Of a DNA stretch of 64,000 nucleotides, positions 1 through 10,516 are shown piece after piece (position 1 is the stretch's first letter; the number at the start of each line of letters is the position of its first letter). The translations under genes and the position numbers were made by a program. Under the pieces are notes generated by a model. That model made no database searches, was not told where the DNA came from, and saw nothing but the letters and a program-made list of their open reading frames with translations. This DNA comes from Candidatus Zhuqueibacterota bacterium (GTDB lineage: Bacteria > Zhuqueibacterota > Zhuqueibacteria > Residuimicrobiales > Oceaniaggregativiventaceae): positions 25,318 to 89,317 of the forward strand of contig WJMF01000069.1 of the NCBI GenBank assembly GCA_014728085.1. The letters run 5' to 3'.

Positions 1-459
1 AAACAGCATGACCAGCGATGCAGCCGTTTTGGCCAATATACCTACCATATTGCCGACAAAAACACCCCACCCTGCCCGAAATGCGTGGTCGCTCGTCTTA
101 CCGGCAATAACTTCACCCAAAATTGCTCCTATAAAGGCACCGAGGATCATTCCCCATGGAGGAAAGAAGAAAAGCCCCAAAAGCATACCAACAATCGAAC
201 CCAATACCCCTACCCGGGAAGCACCATATTTTTTTGCCCCGGCTGCAGGGACGATGTAATCAAGCACGGTAACAAACAGGGTGAGAAACGCTAAAATCCA
301 TAGCACCCTCGCAGAATAGGGTTCCCAATCTTTAACAATTGCCAGCAAGATCAGGGCAAGATAACTCAACGGGGGTCCGGGAATAACGGGAAGGATACAA
401 CCCAATAATCCAATGATGGAAATAATAAATCCCAGTATTATGACCAGGGTTTCCAACAT
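1..459 (-). CDS. DUF456 (YqgC-like) membrane protein, 3' end outside window
   Basis: Not in the ORF track because it runs off the window. Hand translation from ATG 459: MLETLVIILGFIISIIGLLGCILPVIPGPPLSYLAL...DYIVPAAGAKKYGASRVGVLGSIVG...GAFIGAILGE; AGGAAG RBS upstream. Confidence 0.85.
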   Translation of the reverse strand, partial: MLETLVIILGFIISIIGLLGCILPVIPGPPLSYLALILLAIVKDWEPYSARVLWILAFLTLFVTVLDYIVPAAGAKKYGASRVGVLGSIVGMLLGLFFFPPWGMILGAFIGAILGEVIAGKTSDHAFRAGWGVFVGNMVGILAKTAASLVMLF

Positions 460-655
460 TTTCGCTTCCTTTTGTACAACATTTATCTTTAATACATTCT
501 GGAACGCAGGGGGCGCGATGGTCAACGACAAGGCTCCCTCCCGCTTTGGCATTAATCGCCCTTTCAACAAGAGTATTTTATTATAATCATTTTTATTCTT
601 TCCTCAAAGGCCTTTTTCATAGAATAGAACGCCCCGCCAGCGATATTTCAATTTC

Positions 656-684
656 TTGCTTGTTATCGTAATAAATTGTATATT
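656..684 (+). promoter_or_regulatory. Putative sigma70 promoter for the prfB-alr-lysS-lol operon
   Basis: TTGCTT-17 nt-TATATT. Confidence 0.5.
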
Positions 685-811
685 AAAATCTGTTTTTAGC
701 GCTGCTTGCGGAGGAATTAACCTCTTGTTTACATCGAAATATCCTAAAGCGCATTGAGAAAAAACCGTGTAAATCCGTTTTATGTGAAATCTATTCGTAA
801 AGGTCAAGTCT

Positions 812-1916
812 ATGTTTGAAGAACTTGAGGAAAAAATCACCTCCTATAAAGAGAGAATCGCCAGTCTAAGGAGGTATCTTTGACATTGAGAAAAAAGAAA
901 AAGAAATAGCGGAACTGGAGAAGAAAACCCGGGTCTCAGGTTTTTGGGATAATAATGAAACCGCCCAAAAAACAATGAAAGAGATCAGCAGTCGCAGAGA
1001 ATGGATTGACAAATGGTCGGATCTGGCTGAATCGCTGCAATCCCTCAAAGAGTTGACTATCCTGGCTGCAGATGAAAGCGACACAAAAATCGGTGCCGAG
1101 CTGCTAGAAGAAGCCGAAATGTTGGCAAAGAAACTGTCTGATCTGGAATTTCAAAAAATGCTCGGCAACCCGGAAGATAATACCAATGCCATTTTGACCA
1201 TCCATCCGGGAGCCGGAGGAACCGAGTCCCAGGATTGGGCCCAGATGCTTATGCGAATGTACCTGAGGTATATCGAAAGAAAGGGATTCAACCAGGAAAC
1301 TCTGGATTTTCAGGCCGGAGATGAAGCAGGCATAAAAAGCGTAACCATTGAAGTGAAAGGACCCTATGCGTATGGTTATCTCAAAGCCGAAGCCGGCGTT
1401 CACCGCCTTGTCAGGATCTCACCATTTGATGCCAATAAAAGGCGGCATACCTCATTCGCATCGATCTTTGTTTATCCCGAAGTCAATGAAAATATAGAAA
1501 TCGATATTGAAGAAAAAGATCTGCGAATCGACACTTACCGGGCAAGCGGTGCCGGCGGTCAACATGTAAACAAAACCAGCTCTGCGGTACGAATCACACA
1601 TCTTCCCACGGGAATCGTGGTTCAGTGTCAGAATGAACGCTCGCAACACCGGAATCGGGAAGCGGCAATGAAAATCTTGATGTCAAAACTTTACCAGTTA
1701 AAACTGGAAGAAGAAGAGTCTAAACGCAACAAATTGGAAAACTCTAAAAAAGAAATCGCATGGGGTAGCCAGATTCGTTCCTACGTATTCCATCCTTATA
1801 ATATGGTCAAAGATCACAGAACCAATGTTGAAACCAGCAATATTAACCGGGTTATGGATGGTGAACTGGACGAATTTATCCATGCATATCTTATTCAAAA
1901 AGCTGAAAAAAAATAA
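812..1916 (+). CDS. prfB: Peptide chain release factor 2 (programmed +1 frameshift, ~367 aa)
   Basis: ATG 812 opens 23 codons ending AGG AGG TAT CTT TGA C. The +1 frame (GAC at 882) is in frame with ORF 975-1916, which carries the SPF and GGQ motifs. Confidence 0.97.
869..884 (+). other. RF2 +1 frameshift cassette
   Basis: Internal SD AGGAGG, 3 nt spacer, CTT TGA C. Confidence 0.95.
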
Positions 1917-1928
1917 AAAACACAAATC

Positions 1929-3035
1929 ATGAACTCTGCAGTTGCGGAAATTGATCTATCGGCGATAGAGCATAATATTAAACAAATCCAGGCAAAAGTT
2001 GATCCTGCCGATGTAATGGCTGTCGTCAAAGCGAATGCATACGGACATGGAGCCGTTCAGGTTAGTAAAACCGTTCTTGATGCCGGTGTTAAATATCTGG
2101 GCGTTGCACGGCTTGAGGAAGCAACAGACTTGCGTAAAAGCGGCGTCCGGGCTCCCATACTCGTCTTCGGCGGCATTCAGGAAAACGAAAAAGAATATGT
2201 TGATCATCGTCTGGATGCAACAGTATTTGATCCCTCTCATCTGAATCATATAGCTGCGTTGGATAAAGCTATAGCTGTTCATATCAAAGTGGATACCGGT
2301 ATGGGACGGCTCGGCATACCCTGGAAAGAAGCTTTGCCGTTCATTAAACAGTGCAACTCCGCTGCAAACATTATTATTAAAGGCCTTTATACCCATTTTG
2401 CCACCTCGGATGAAGCGGATAAAAAATATGCACATTTACAACTGGAACGCTTTAAGCAAGTTTTGCAACAATGCCGGGATACAGGCATAGAGTTCCCCTA
2501 TATTCATGCAGCAAATAGCGGTGCAATTCTCGATTTGCCGGATACCTATTTCAATCTGGTTCGGCCGGGGATAATGATTTATGGATACTATCCCTCTGAC
2601 GAGACCAGCGAATCCATTCCCTTAAAACCGGTAATGACCTTTAAGACGCGCGTAATTTACCTCAAAACCGTAAAAAAAGGAACCAGCATAAGTTATGGAC
2701 GCGTTTATGCCAGTAAAAGAAAAACCCGAATCGCGACGCTGGCGGCAGGATATGCCGATGGTTACAACCGGCTGTTAACGAATACCGGCAAAGTATTAAT
2801 TAAGGATCGGATCTTTCCGGTTGTCGGCAGAGTATGTATGGATTATATAATGATCGATCTCGGCCTCGACAACAGTGTTAACATCGGCGATGAAGCGATT
2901 TTATTCGGCAACCATGAATCGGTCAATGTTTTATCGATTTGCCAAAAACTTGATACCATTCCCTATGAAGTGACCTGCTGGGTCTCGAACAGAGTTCCCA
3001 GAGTTTATAAAAATGAGGTACTCTCTTATGACTGA
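1929..3035 (+). CDS. alr: Alanine racemase
   Basis: AVVKANAYGHG PLP-lysine motif, KVDTGMGRLG, GRVCMD, TIPYEV. Confidence 0.96.
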   Translation: MNSAVAEIDLSAIEHNIKQIQAKVDPADVMAVVKANAYGHGAVQVSKTVLDAGVKYLGVARLEEATDLRKSGVRAPILVFGGIQENEKEYVDHRLDATVFDPSHLNHIAALDKAIAVHIKVDTGMGRLGIPWKEALPFIKQCNSAANIIIKGLYTHFATSDEADKKYAHLQLERFKQVLQQCRDTGIEFPYIHAANSGAILDLPDTYFNLVRPGIMIYGYYPSDETSESIPLKPVMTFKTRVIYLKTVKKGTSISYGRVYASKRKTRIATLAAGYADGYNRLLTNTGKVLIKDRIFPVVGRVCMDYIMIDLGLDNSVNIGDEAILFGNHESVNVLSICQKLDTIPYEVTCWVSNRVPRVYKNEVLSYD

Positions 3036-4530
3036 AGAATTACAAGACTTGAATCAAGTGATGAAAGTGCGCCGGGAAAAGCTGGAGCAATTAAGGAAAA
3101 ACGGCACAGAACCATTTGCTTATCGATTCGATAGAACGCATATGGCAAGTGATATCATCAAAGATTATGAAAACCTTACCGATAAATCCGTGGCAATCGC
3201 CGGACGAGTTATGGCCCTGCGGAGAATGGGTAAAGCCGCTTTTGCCCATATTATGGATATATCCGAACGAATCCAGATATATATTCGCAAAGATAAAGTC
3301 GGCGAAGAGAAATTTGAACTATTCAAATTGATAGATATTGGCGATATTATCGGTATTGAAGGTACTGTCTTCAAAACCAGAACCGGAGAAATAACAGTGC
3401 TGGTATCCGGTCTGGACCTTTTAACCAAAAACCTCCGCCCCCTGCCGGTGACTAAAGAGGTTGAAAAGGATGGCAAAACCATAACATATGACGCCTTTTC
3501 CGATACCGAACAACGATACCGCAAACGCTATGTTGACTTGATTACCAATCGCGATGTGATGAATGTATTTATCAAACGATCTCAAACCGTTACGGCAATG
3601 CGCGACTTTTTGAATAACAAAGGATACCTTGAAGTCGAAACCCCCGTTTTGCAGCCAATCTATGGCGGCGCCTCAGCCCGGCCCTTTGTTACCCATCATA
3701 ATGCGCTGGACATAGAACTCTATTTGCGAATCGCCGATGAACTTTATCTCAAGCGACTGATCGTCGGAGGTTATGAAGGCGTATATGAAATTAGCAAAGA
3801 TTTTCGCAATGAAGGAATCGACAGGACGCATAACCCGGAATTTACCATGATGGAACTTTATGTGGCCTATCAGGATTACAATTTTATGATGAATCTGTTT
3901 GAGGAAATGATCACTTTTATCGCCAAGCGCGTTAACAGGGCTCTGAAATTAACTTATCAGGGTCACGATATTGATTTGACGCCCCCCTGGGATCGCCTCT
4001 CCTTTTTTGATGTGCTCGAAAAATATACCGGAAAAAATTTCTATGGTAAAAATCAAACGCAGGTAGCAGCCATAGCTGAGGAACTGGATGTTCCCATTGA
4101 AAAAGAGTGGGGAACGGGTAAACTTTTGGATGAAATATTTGGCGAAAAAGTTGAACCCCATTTGATCCAACCCGTGTTTATATGCGATTATCCCCTTGAA
4201 TTGTCGCCGCTTGCCAAAAAACACCGCAATGATTCAAACCTGGTGGAACGATTTGAACCCTTTATCGCAGGACGGGAAATCGGCAATGCATTTTCAGAAC
4301 TAAATGATCCCGTTGATCAAAAGGAACGCTTCAAAACCCAGATGGCCTTACGGGCACTCGGAGATGACGAAGCACAGGTTCTGGATGAAGATTATATCCG
4401 GGCCCTTGAATACGGCATGCCTCCGACCACAGGATTGGGCGTGGGGATCGATCGACTCGTTATGTTATTGACCGATTCTGCATCCATCCGTGATGTCATC
4501 TTTTTCCCAACCATGAAACCAGAAAAGTAA
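3028..4530 (+). CDS. lysS: Lysine--tRNA ligase (class II)
   Basis: OB-fold N-terminus, YLRIADELYLKRL, FRNEG, HNPEF, GMPPTTGLGVGIDR; likely start ATG 3028 overlapping the alr stop. Confidence 0.97.
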   Translation: MTEELQDLNQVMKVRREKLEQLRKNGTEPFAYRFDRTHMASDIIKDYENLTDKSVAIAGRVMALRRMGKAAFAHIMDISERIQIYIRKDKVGEEKFELFKLIDIGDIIGIEGTVFKTRTGEITVLVSGLDLLTKNLRPLPVTKEVEKDGKTITYDAFSDTEQRYRKRYVDLITNRDVMNVFIKRSQTVTAMRDFLNNKGYLEVETPVLQPIYGGASARPFVTHHNALDIELYLRIADELYLKRLIVGGYEGVYEISKDFRNEGIDRTHNPEFTMMELYVAYQDYNFMMNLFEEMITFIAKRVNRALKLTYQGHDIDLTPPWDRLSFFDVLEKYTGKNFYGKNQTQVAAIAEELDVPIEKEWGTGKLLDEIFGEKVEPHLIQPVFICDYPLELSPLAKKHRNDSNLVERFEPFIAGREIGNAFSELNDPVDQKERFKTQMALRALGDDEAQVLDEDYIRALEYGMPPTTGLGVGIDRLVMLLTDSASIRDVIFFPTMKPEK

Positions 4531-4532
4531 CC

Positions 4533-5762
4533 ATGTTTTACGAACTCTTTATAGCCTGGCGCTATTTGAAAAACCGACGAAAAACCGGCATTTTTTCCGG
4601 CATTACGCATATTGCCGTTGCCGGCGTGGTTATTGGTGTGGCTGCATTGGTTATTGCCCTGTCGGTTATGAACGGCTATGAAACCGAGGTGAGGTCGAAT
4701 TTTATCGACGTTTTTGCTCATGCAAGAATACGGGCTTATCTAAACCGCGGTATAGAAAACCATCGGTCCCTGGTCGATACGCTGGAAAAAATTCCCGACA
4801 TCAAAGCGGTTACCCCCTATATCTCGGATAAAGCTCTGCTCAAAGCGGAACTCGACCAAACCAGTATTTTCGTGCGCGGCGTTGATCCTGAAACGGTTAC
4901 CGGTGTAACCAACATCGCGCGAAACATCGTCAAAGGAGAACTCTCCTTCGAAACCTATAGCAGATGGCCGGGTATCGTTCTGGGATCGCATCTGGCAGAA
5001 CGCATGGATTCCAACCTGGGTGATGACATTCTGTTGGTCAGTCTGGCCAACTCTTCGTCTTTTTACGATATGCCTCAAAAATTAAAATTCCGTATCACCG
5101 GAATTTTGAAAACGGGTTTTTACGACGTCGATAATAACTATGCCTATATCCATATCAAAGATGCACAAACCCTATTCGGTATGCGAAACAAAATAAGCGG
5201 TCTGGAACTCCAATGCAAGGACTACAGATCTGCAAGCAAAGTGGTTGATCAGATCAATCTAAAACTGACGACGATGAATCTCTCTTATGTTGCCGAATCC
5301 TGGAAAGAGATGAACAGCAATTTGTTCGCCTGGGTGCAGATTCAAAAATGGGCATTCTTCATTGTCTTGAGTTTGATTATTTTGGTAGCGGCATTTAATA
5401 TCACAAGTACTCAAATCATGGTTACCATGGAAAAAACGAGAGATATCGGCATTCTTAAAGCGATGGGTGCCCGCAACAACGATATTCAGCGTATCTTTAC
5501 ATTAGCAGGTTTGATCATTGGTGTTATAGGCGCCGTTTTCGGCAGTCTGCTCGGTTATCTTCTCTGTCTGGCACAATTGAAATGGAGAATCCTTTCTTTG
5601 CCATCGGATGTATACATCGTCGACTGGCTTCCGGTATTGATCAAAGCATCAGACTTTATTATCATAAGTATTACGGCCTTGCTCATCGCTTACATAGCCT
5701 CTGTTTATCCGGCCAGACGAGCAGCGCGACAAGACCCTGTTCGCTCTATTAGAGAAGAATAA
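4533..5762 (+). CDS. Lipoprotein-releasing ABC permease LolC/E family
   Basis: GVAALVIALSVMNG, VAAFNI...EKTRDIGILKAMGA, YPARRAA. Confidence 0.9.
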   Translation: MFYELFIAWRYLKNRRKTGIFSGITHIAVAGVVIGVAALVIALSVMNGYETEVRSNFIDVFAHARIRAYLNRGIENHRSLVDTLEKIPDIKAVTPYISDKALLKAELDQTSIFVRGVDPETVTGVTNIARNIVKGELSFETYSRWPGIVLGSHLAERMDSNLGDDILLVSLANSSSFYDMPQKLKFRITGILKTGFYDVDNNYAYIHIKDAQTLFGMRNKISGLELQCKDYRSASKVVDQINLKLTTMNLSYVAESWKEMNSNLFAWVQIQKWAFFIVLSLIILVAAFNITSTQIMVTMEKTRDIGILKAMGARNNDIQRIFTLAGLIIGVIGAVFGSLLGYLLCLAQLKWRILSLPSDVYIVDWLPVLIKASDFIIISITALLIAYIASVYPARRAARQDPVRSIREE

Positions 5763-5792
5763 TCCATTCATCCAAAGGATAGAATCATATCC

Positions 5793-7028
5793 ATGAAACT
5801 AGAATATTTTATAGCCAAGCGTTATCTTCGCTCTAAAAGAAAAACAAAGTTTATCTCCCTGATCACCTATATTTCCATTTTTGGTATCGTTATTGGCGTG
5901 GCTGCCCTGACCATCGTTTTATCCGTTATGAATGGATTTGAAGAACAAGTGCGTTCGCGTTTTCTGGGAGCGGATGCTCACGTCAAGGTACTTGCTCTTC
6001 ACGACAATGGCATCAAGCATTATGGCTTTTTGATGAATGAAATCCAAAATACAGCACACATCAAAACCATGTCACCCTTTATCAGCGAGAAAGGTTTGAT
6101 CAAATCAAAACGAACCCAGGCTGGAGTTGTTGTACGGGGAATAGACAAAAGATCTGCTGCAGAGGTTTTGGATTTAGGCAGAAATGTCGTTTATGGCAAC
6201 TTGAATCTCAGCACGACAACAGAAATTGAAGGAGACACTTTGCCGGGGGTTGTTCTCGGCTTTCAGCTTGCACAGCGGCTTCAGGTTATTCTCGGAGATG
6301 AAGTGGCCGTTTTTAGCCTCACGGGATTACGTCATTTTCAGGATATACCGGACGTTAAAAAATTCAGGGTTACCGGTTATTTTGAAACCGGATTGTATGA
6401 ATTTGATGATATCATTGCCTATATTTCCCTCGAATCAGCTCAACAATTGTATCAGATGGATAAAAAGGTAAACGGCATCTGGATAAAGCTCGATCACTAT
6501 TCTCATGCTGATCAGGCTGCCCGGGAAATCAATACAAGAATCGGTTTTCCATATCAGGTATTGACCTGGAAAGACATGAACCCGAATCTCTTTGCCTGGA
6601 TGGAAATAGAAAAGTGGGCTGCGTTTGTGATTCTGAGCCTCATCATAACAGTGGCTGCTTTTAACATCGTCAGCACTTTAATTATGGTCACCCTGGAAAA
6701 AACGCGCGAAATCGGCATTTTAAAATCCATGGGAGCATCGTCTGTTATCATTCGGCGCATCTTCACCTATCATGGCTTTATCGTTGGAGTGGTGGGAACC
6801 GTTGTGGGATGTGTCGCCGGTTTTGTTTTTTGTTTTGTTCAGCAATATTTCAGAATCTTTTCGCTTCCAAAAGATATATACATTATCAGTTGGCTGCCGG
6901 TAAAAATGCAGCTGACCGACTTTATTTTAATCGGGATTGCTTCAATTGTACTCACATTTTTGGCGGCTGTTTATCCGGCTCATAAGGCCTCCCGCCTGGA
7001 TCCGGTAAAATCTATCCGTTATGAATAA
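5793..7028 (+). CDS. Lipoprotein-releasing ABC permease LolC/E family (second paralog)
   Basis: GVAALTIVLSVMNGF, VAAFNIVSTL...EKTREIGILKSMG, YPAHKASRLDP. Confidence 0.92.
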   Translation: MKLEYFIAKRYLRSKRKTKFISLITYISIFGIVIGVAALTIVLSVMNGFEEQVRSRFLGADAHVKVLALHDNGIKHYGFLMNEIQNTAHIKTMSPFISEKGLIKSKRTQAGVVVRGIDKRSAAEVLDLGRNVVYGNLNLSTTTEIEGDTLPGVVLGFQLAQRLQVILGDEVAVFSLTGLRHFQDIPDVKKFRVTGYFETGLYEFDDIIAYISLESAQQLYQMDKKVNGIWIKLDHYSHADQAAREINTRIGFPYQVLTWKDMNPNLFAWMEIEKWAAFVILSLIITVAAFNIVSTLIMVTLEKTREIGILKSMGASSVIIRRIFTYHGFIVGVVGTVVGCVAGFVFCFVQQYFRIFSLPKDIYIISWLPVKMQLTDFILIGIASIVLTFLAAVYPAHKASRLDPVKSIRYE

Positions 7029-7046
7029 CAAAATGAAAGCCAGATC

Positions 7047-7754
7047 ATGACAGCAGAAAAAAACATTTTAGAGATCGACGATCTGTATAAAACATATCAT
7101 ATAGAGGGTGCCCAGGACGTACGGGTTCTGAAAGGTATTCACCTGGAACTAAAAGTAGGAGAAATCGTTACTATCTATGGCCCCTCTGGTGTTGGTAAAA
7201 GCACTCTTTTACATATCATTGGTGCACTTGACCGCCCTACAAAGGGAAAGGTTAAGATCGATTCGAAGAATATTTTTAGCTTGACCGACACAAGATTAGC
7301 CATGTTTCGCAATCGCACTATAGGGTTTGTCTTTCAATTTCACCATTTGCTACCGGAATTTTCAGCGCTGGAAAATGTCATGATCCCGGGGATGATTGCA
7401 CGACAGAACCGGGAAGAGGTAAAAAAACAGGCGATCGATTTACTCAAAAGCGTAGGCCTGGCGGCACGCCTGGACCATCGACCCCGTGAATTGTCCGGAG
7501 GCGAACAACAAAGAGTCGCTGTCGCCAGAGCACTGGTAAATAATCCGAAATTGCTCCTGGCCGATGAACCCTCTGGAAATCTCGATATGCGAACTGCAGA
7601 TGCTCTGCACGAATTATTGTGGTCCCTGAGCCGGGATTTTAAAAAAACCCTGGTTATCGTCACCCACAACCCTGACCTGGCAACCCATTCAGACCGCGTC
7701 ATCGAGTTACTGGACGGGAAGGTTAAAAGTGATATAAAACCCAAATTGGCATAA
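7047..7754 (+). CDS. lolD: Lipoprotein-releasing ABC ATPase
   Basis: Walker A GPSGVGKS, GFVFQFHHLLPEF LolD motif, LSGGE signature; follows two LolC/E genes. Confidence 0.9.
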   Translation: MTAEKNILEIDDLYKTYHIEGAQDVRVLKGIHLELKVGEIVTIYGPSGVGKSTLLHIIGALDRPTKGKVKIDSKNIFSLTDTRLAMFRNRTIGFVFQFHHLLPEFSALENVMIPGMIARQNREEVKKQAIDLLKSVGLAARLDHRPRELSGGEQQRVAVARALVNNPKLLLADEPSGNLDMRTADALHELLWSLSRDFKKTLVIVTHNPDLATHSDRVIELLDGKVKSDIKPKLA

Positions 7755-7901
7755 TAATTGGAACAAGTAAAACCATAACGAGTAAAACTCTATAATTATT
7801 TGTTTTTTAGACAACAGTTGGGTTACCAACGACTCTGTTTTGTCGCATTTTTGATTCAAATGTCCTGTTTTGAGATCAAGAAAACCTCTGAAATTTTACC
7901 C

Positions 7902-7931
7902 TTGCGGTTTGTGCTTATAATTTGTTATCTT
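7902..7931 (+). promoter_or_regulatory. Putative extended -10 promoter of clpC
   Basis: TTGCGG-18 nt-TATCTT with TGn before the -10; GGAG RBS at ~7977. Confidence 0.4.
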
Positions 7932-7989
7932 AAAATAGGTAAATATACGTGATAACATTCAATAAAAATCCAAGCAGGAGTATGAGTAT

Positions 7990-10482
7990 ATGAAGAACAA
8001 TTTTTCCAGTCGTGTACAAATGGTCATCCAGTTTGCCAGAGATGAAGCGCTTCGTTTGGGACACGATTATATAGGAACCGAACATCTTCTCCTTGGCCTG
8101 ATACGGGAAGGCGAGGGGATAGCGATAGAGATATTACAGTCATTGGGCGTGGATCTCGAAGAGATCAAGAATGCCATCGAAGACGCCGGCAGAGCTTCGG
8201 GAGACACGATGACCATTGGCAATATTCCCTTTACCAAACGAGCGGAAAAAATTCTAAAAACAGCCTATATGGAAGCAGACCGGCACAAATCCGATATTAT
8301 CGGCACAGAACATCTGCTATTGGCTCTGGTGAAGGAAAAAGAAGGTCTGGCGGCGCAGATTTTAAACAGTTTCGAAGTCACCTATGAAGCGGTAAGTCAG
8401 GAACTCGAAAAATTGCTGCAAGGCAGCTCCTCAGCACAGGGAGATGCTGAGGGACAGGCCGCCCGTTCACAGACACCGGCCCTGGATCATTTTGGCCGTG
8501 ATTTGACCGAAATGGGGCGCCATGGTGATCTTGATCCGATTATCGGCAGAGAAATGGAAATCGAACGTGTTGCACAAATCCTGAGTCGACGTAAGAAAAA
8601 TAATCCGGTACTCATAGGAGAACCAGGCGTTGGCAAGACCGCTATCGCTGAAGGATTGGCTCTGCGAATCATAGAAAAAAAAGTGCCCCGAATTCTATAT
8701 AATAAAAGAGTGGTGACCCTGGATTTAGGCGCCATCGTCGCCGGCACCAAATATCGCGGTCAATTCGAAGAAAGAATGAAAGCGATTATCAATGAATTGA
8801 TTAAATCAAAAGATATTATACTTTTTATTGATGAATTGCACACCATCGTTGGAGCCGGGGGAGCCTCTGGTTCTCTCGATGCTTCCAATATGTTCAAGCC
8901 CGCCTTGTCACGTGGAGAGATTCAATGTATTGGCGCCACAACATTGGATGAGTATCGCCAATTTATCGAAAAAGACGGCGCACTGGAGAGAAGATTCCAG
9001 AAGGTGATGGTCGACCCTCCTAATCTCATTGAAACCGAAGCGATCGTTAAAGGGTTGCAGTCCCGTTACGAATCGCATCATCGGGTAAGATATACGGACA
9101 AATCGATTCAACAAATTATTCATCTTTCAGACCGATATATTACCGATCGTTTTCAGCCGGATAAATCTATCGATGTGCTGGATGAAGCCGGCGCCAGAGT
9201 GCATCTGGCCAATATCGTCGTCCCTAAAGAAATTACCTATCTTGAAGAAAAAATTAAAAAGACCCGTACGGACAAGGATCAGGTTGTGCGATCACAAAAT
9301 TTCGAACAAGCCGCCATTCTGAGAGATCGTGAAAAACAACTCGTTCGAAGCCTGGAAGGGGCTAAATCCCGCTGGAACGAAGAACAGGAGACCTCCTTTG
9401 CCGCGGTTACCGATGAAGATGTCTCTCAGGTCGTTTCCATGATGACAGGGATACCCGTCACACGCGTTGCACAATCGGAATCTTCCAAGCTCTTGACTAT
9501 GCGCGAGGAAGTCAAAAAACGAATTGTCGGTCAGGATGTGGTTGTAGACCTCTTGAGCCGCGCTATCAAGAGAACACGTGCAGGGCTCAAAGACCCCTAT
9601 CGCCCGATTGGCTCTTTTATTTTTCTCGGCCCCACCGGGGTAGGCAAAACGCACCTGGCCAAAGAACTGGCTAAATATCTGTTCGAAAGCGAAGATGCCC
9701 TCATTCGCCTCGACATGTCCGAATTTATGGAAAAATTTTCAGTCTCTCGCCTGACCGGAGCACCTCCCGGCTATGTCGGCTATGAAGAGGGCGGCCAATT
9801 AACGGAAAAAGTCAGGAGACACCCCTATTCGGTGGTCCTGTTCGATGAGATTGAAAAAGCGCATCCGGATGTCTTTAATATTCTTTTACAGATTCTCGAT
9901 GAGGGTCATGTGACGGATTCGCTCGGGCGGAAGGTGAACTTTAAGAACACAATTCTGATTTTAACCAGCAATATCGGCGCTCGAAAAATCAACAAGAATA
10001 TTAATTTCGGCTTTGAAAGCACGTCAAAAGATGAAAATGCCGGTTATGAAACCATGAGGAGCCGGATTATCGAAGAATGCAAAAATCTCTTCAATCCGGA
10101 ATTTATTAATCGCGTTGATGATATTGTGGTTTTCCGTCAGCTGGATCAACAGGACATGCTGAAAATCGTCGATATTGCCCTGGAGGAAATGTTATCAAAG
10201 GTTGCCAGTCGCAGTATTGAAATCGAATTAACCAAAACCGCCAAAGAATTTTTGGCTGAAAAAGGGTTTGATCCTGTCTATGGAGCCCGGCCTTTGAAAC
10301 GGACGATTCAAAAATATATAGAAGATCCTCTTGCAGAAGAAATCCTGAAAGATCGTTTCAGTGACGGCAGTAAAATCCGGATCAAAAAAAGAGGAGATCA
10401 ACTCGATTTCTCGGAAGCAGCTTCATCGAAATCCAAACCCAAGGGCAAATCGAGAACGCGAAGGATAAAAAACGAAAAATAA
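7990..10482 (+). CDS. clpC: ATP-dependent Clp protease ATP-binding subunit ClpC
   Basis: Two Clp_N repeats (GTEHLLL), two Walker A motifs (GEPGVGKT, GPTGVGKT), UVR-type middle domain (FEQAAILRD). Confidence 0.95.
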   Translation: MKNNFSSRVQMVIQFARDEALRLGHDYIGTEHLLLGLIREGEGIAIEILQSLGVDLEEIKNAIEDAGRASGDTMTIGNIPFTKRAEKILKTAYMEADRHKSDIIGTEHLLLALVKEKEGLAAQILNSFEVTYEAVSQELEKLLQGSSSAQGDAEGQAARSQTPALDHFGRDLTEMGRHGDLDPIIGREMEIERVAQILSRRKKNNPVLIGEPGVGKTAIAEGLALRIIEKKVPRILYNKRVVTLDLGAIVAGTKYRGQFEERMKAIINELIKSKDIILFIDELHTIVGAGGASGSLDASNMFKPALSRGEIQCIGATTLDEYRQFIEKDGALERRFQKVMVDPPNLIETEAIVKGLQSRYESHHRVRYTDKSIQQIIHLSDRYITDRFQPDKSIDVLDEAGARVHLANIVVPKEITYLEEKIKKTRTDKDQVVRSQNFEQAAILRDREKQLVRSLEGAKSRWNEEQETSFAAVTDEDVSQVVSMMTGIPVTRVAQSESSKLLTMREEVKKRIVGQDVVVDLLSRAIKRTRAGLKDPYRPIGSFIFLGPTGVGKTHLAKELAKYLFESEDALIRLDMSEFMEKFSVSRLTGAPPGYVGYEEGGQLTEKVRRHPYSVVLFDEIEKAHPDVFNILLQILDEGHVTDSLGRKVNFKNTILILTSNIGARKINKNINFGFESTSKDENAGYETMRSRIIEECKNLFNPEFINRVDDIVVFRQLDQQDMLKIVDIALEEMLSKVASRSIEIELTKTAKEFLAEKGFDPVYGARPLKRTIQKYIEDPLAEEILKDRFSDGSKIRIKKRGDQLDFSEAASSKSKPKGKSRTRRIKNEK

Positions 10483-10516
10483 AAAAAAGGCGAGTCAGTT
10501 GACTCGCCTTTTTTTT
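10481..10516. terminator. Bidirectional intrinsic terminator between convergent clpC and M48 genes
   Basis: AAAAAAAAGGCGAGTCA-GT-TGACTCGCCTTTTTTTT perfect inverted repeat with a U-tract on both strands. Confidence 0.9.

Noticed and set aside
691-811. ~120-nt prfB 5' leader with short stems (GAGG-AATTAA-CCTC; GCGCT/AGCGC) as a possible riboswitch
   Set aside because: The stems are short and match no riboswitch consensus I know; there is no terminator.
7755-7989. CtsR or CIRCE operator upstream of clpC
   Set aside because: No GGTCAAA heptad repeat or TTAGCACTC-N9-GAGTGCTAA found.
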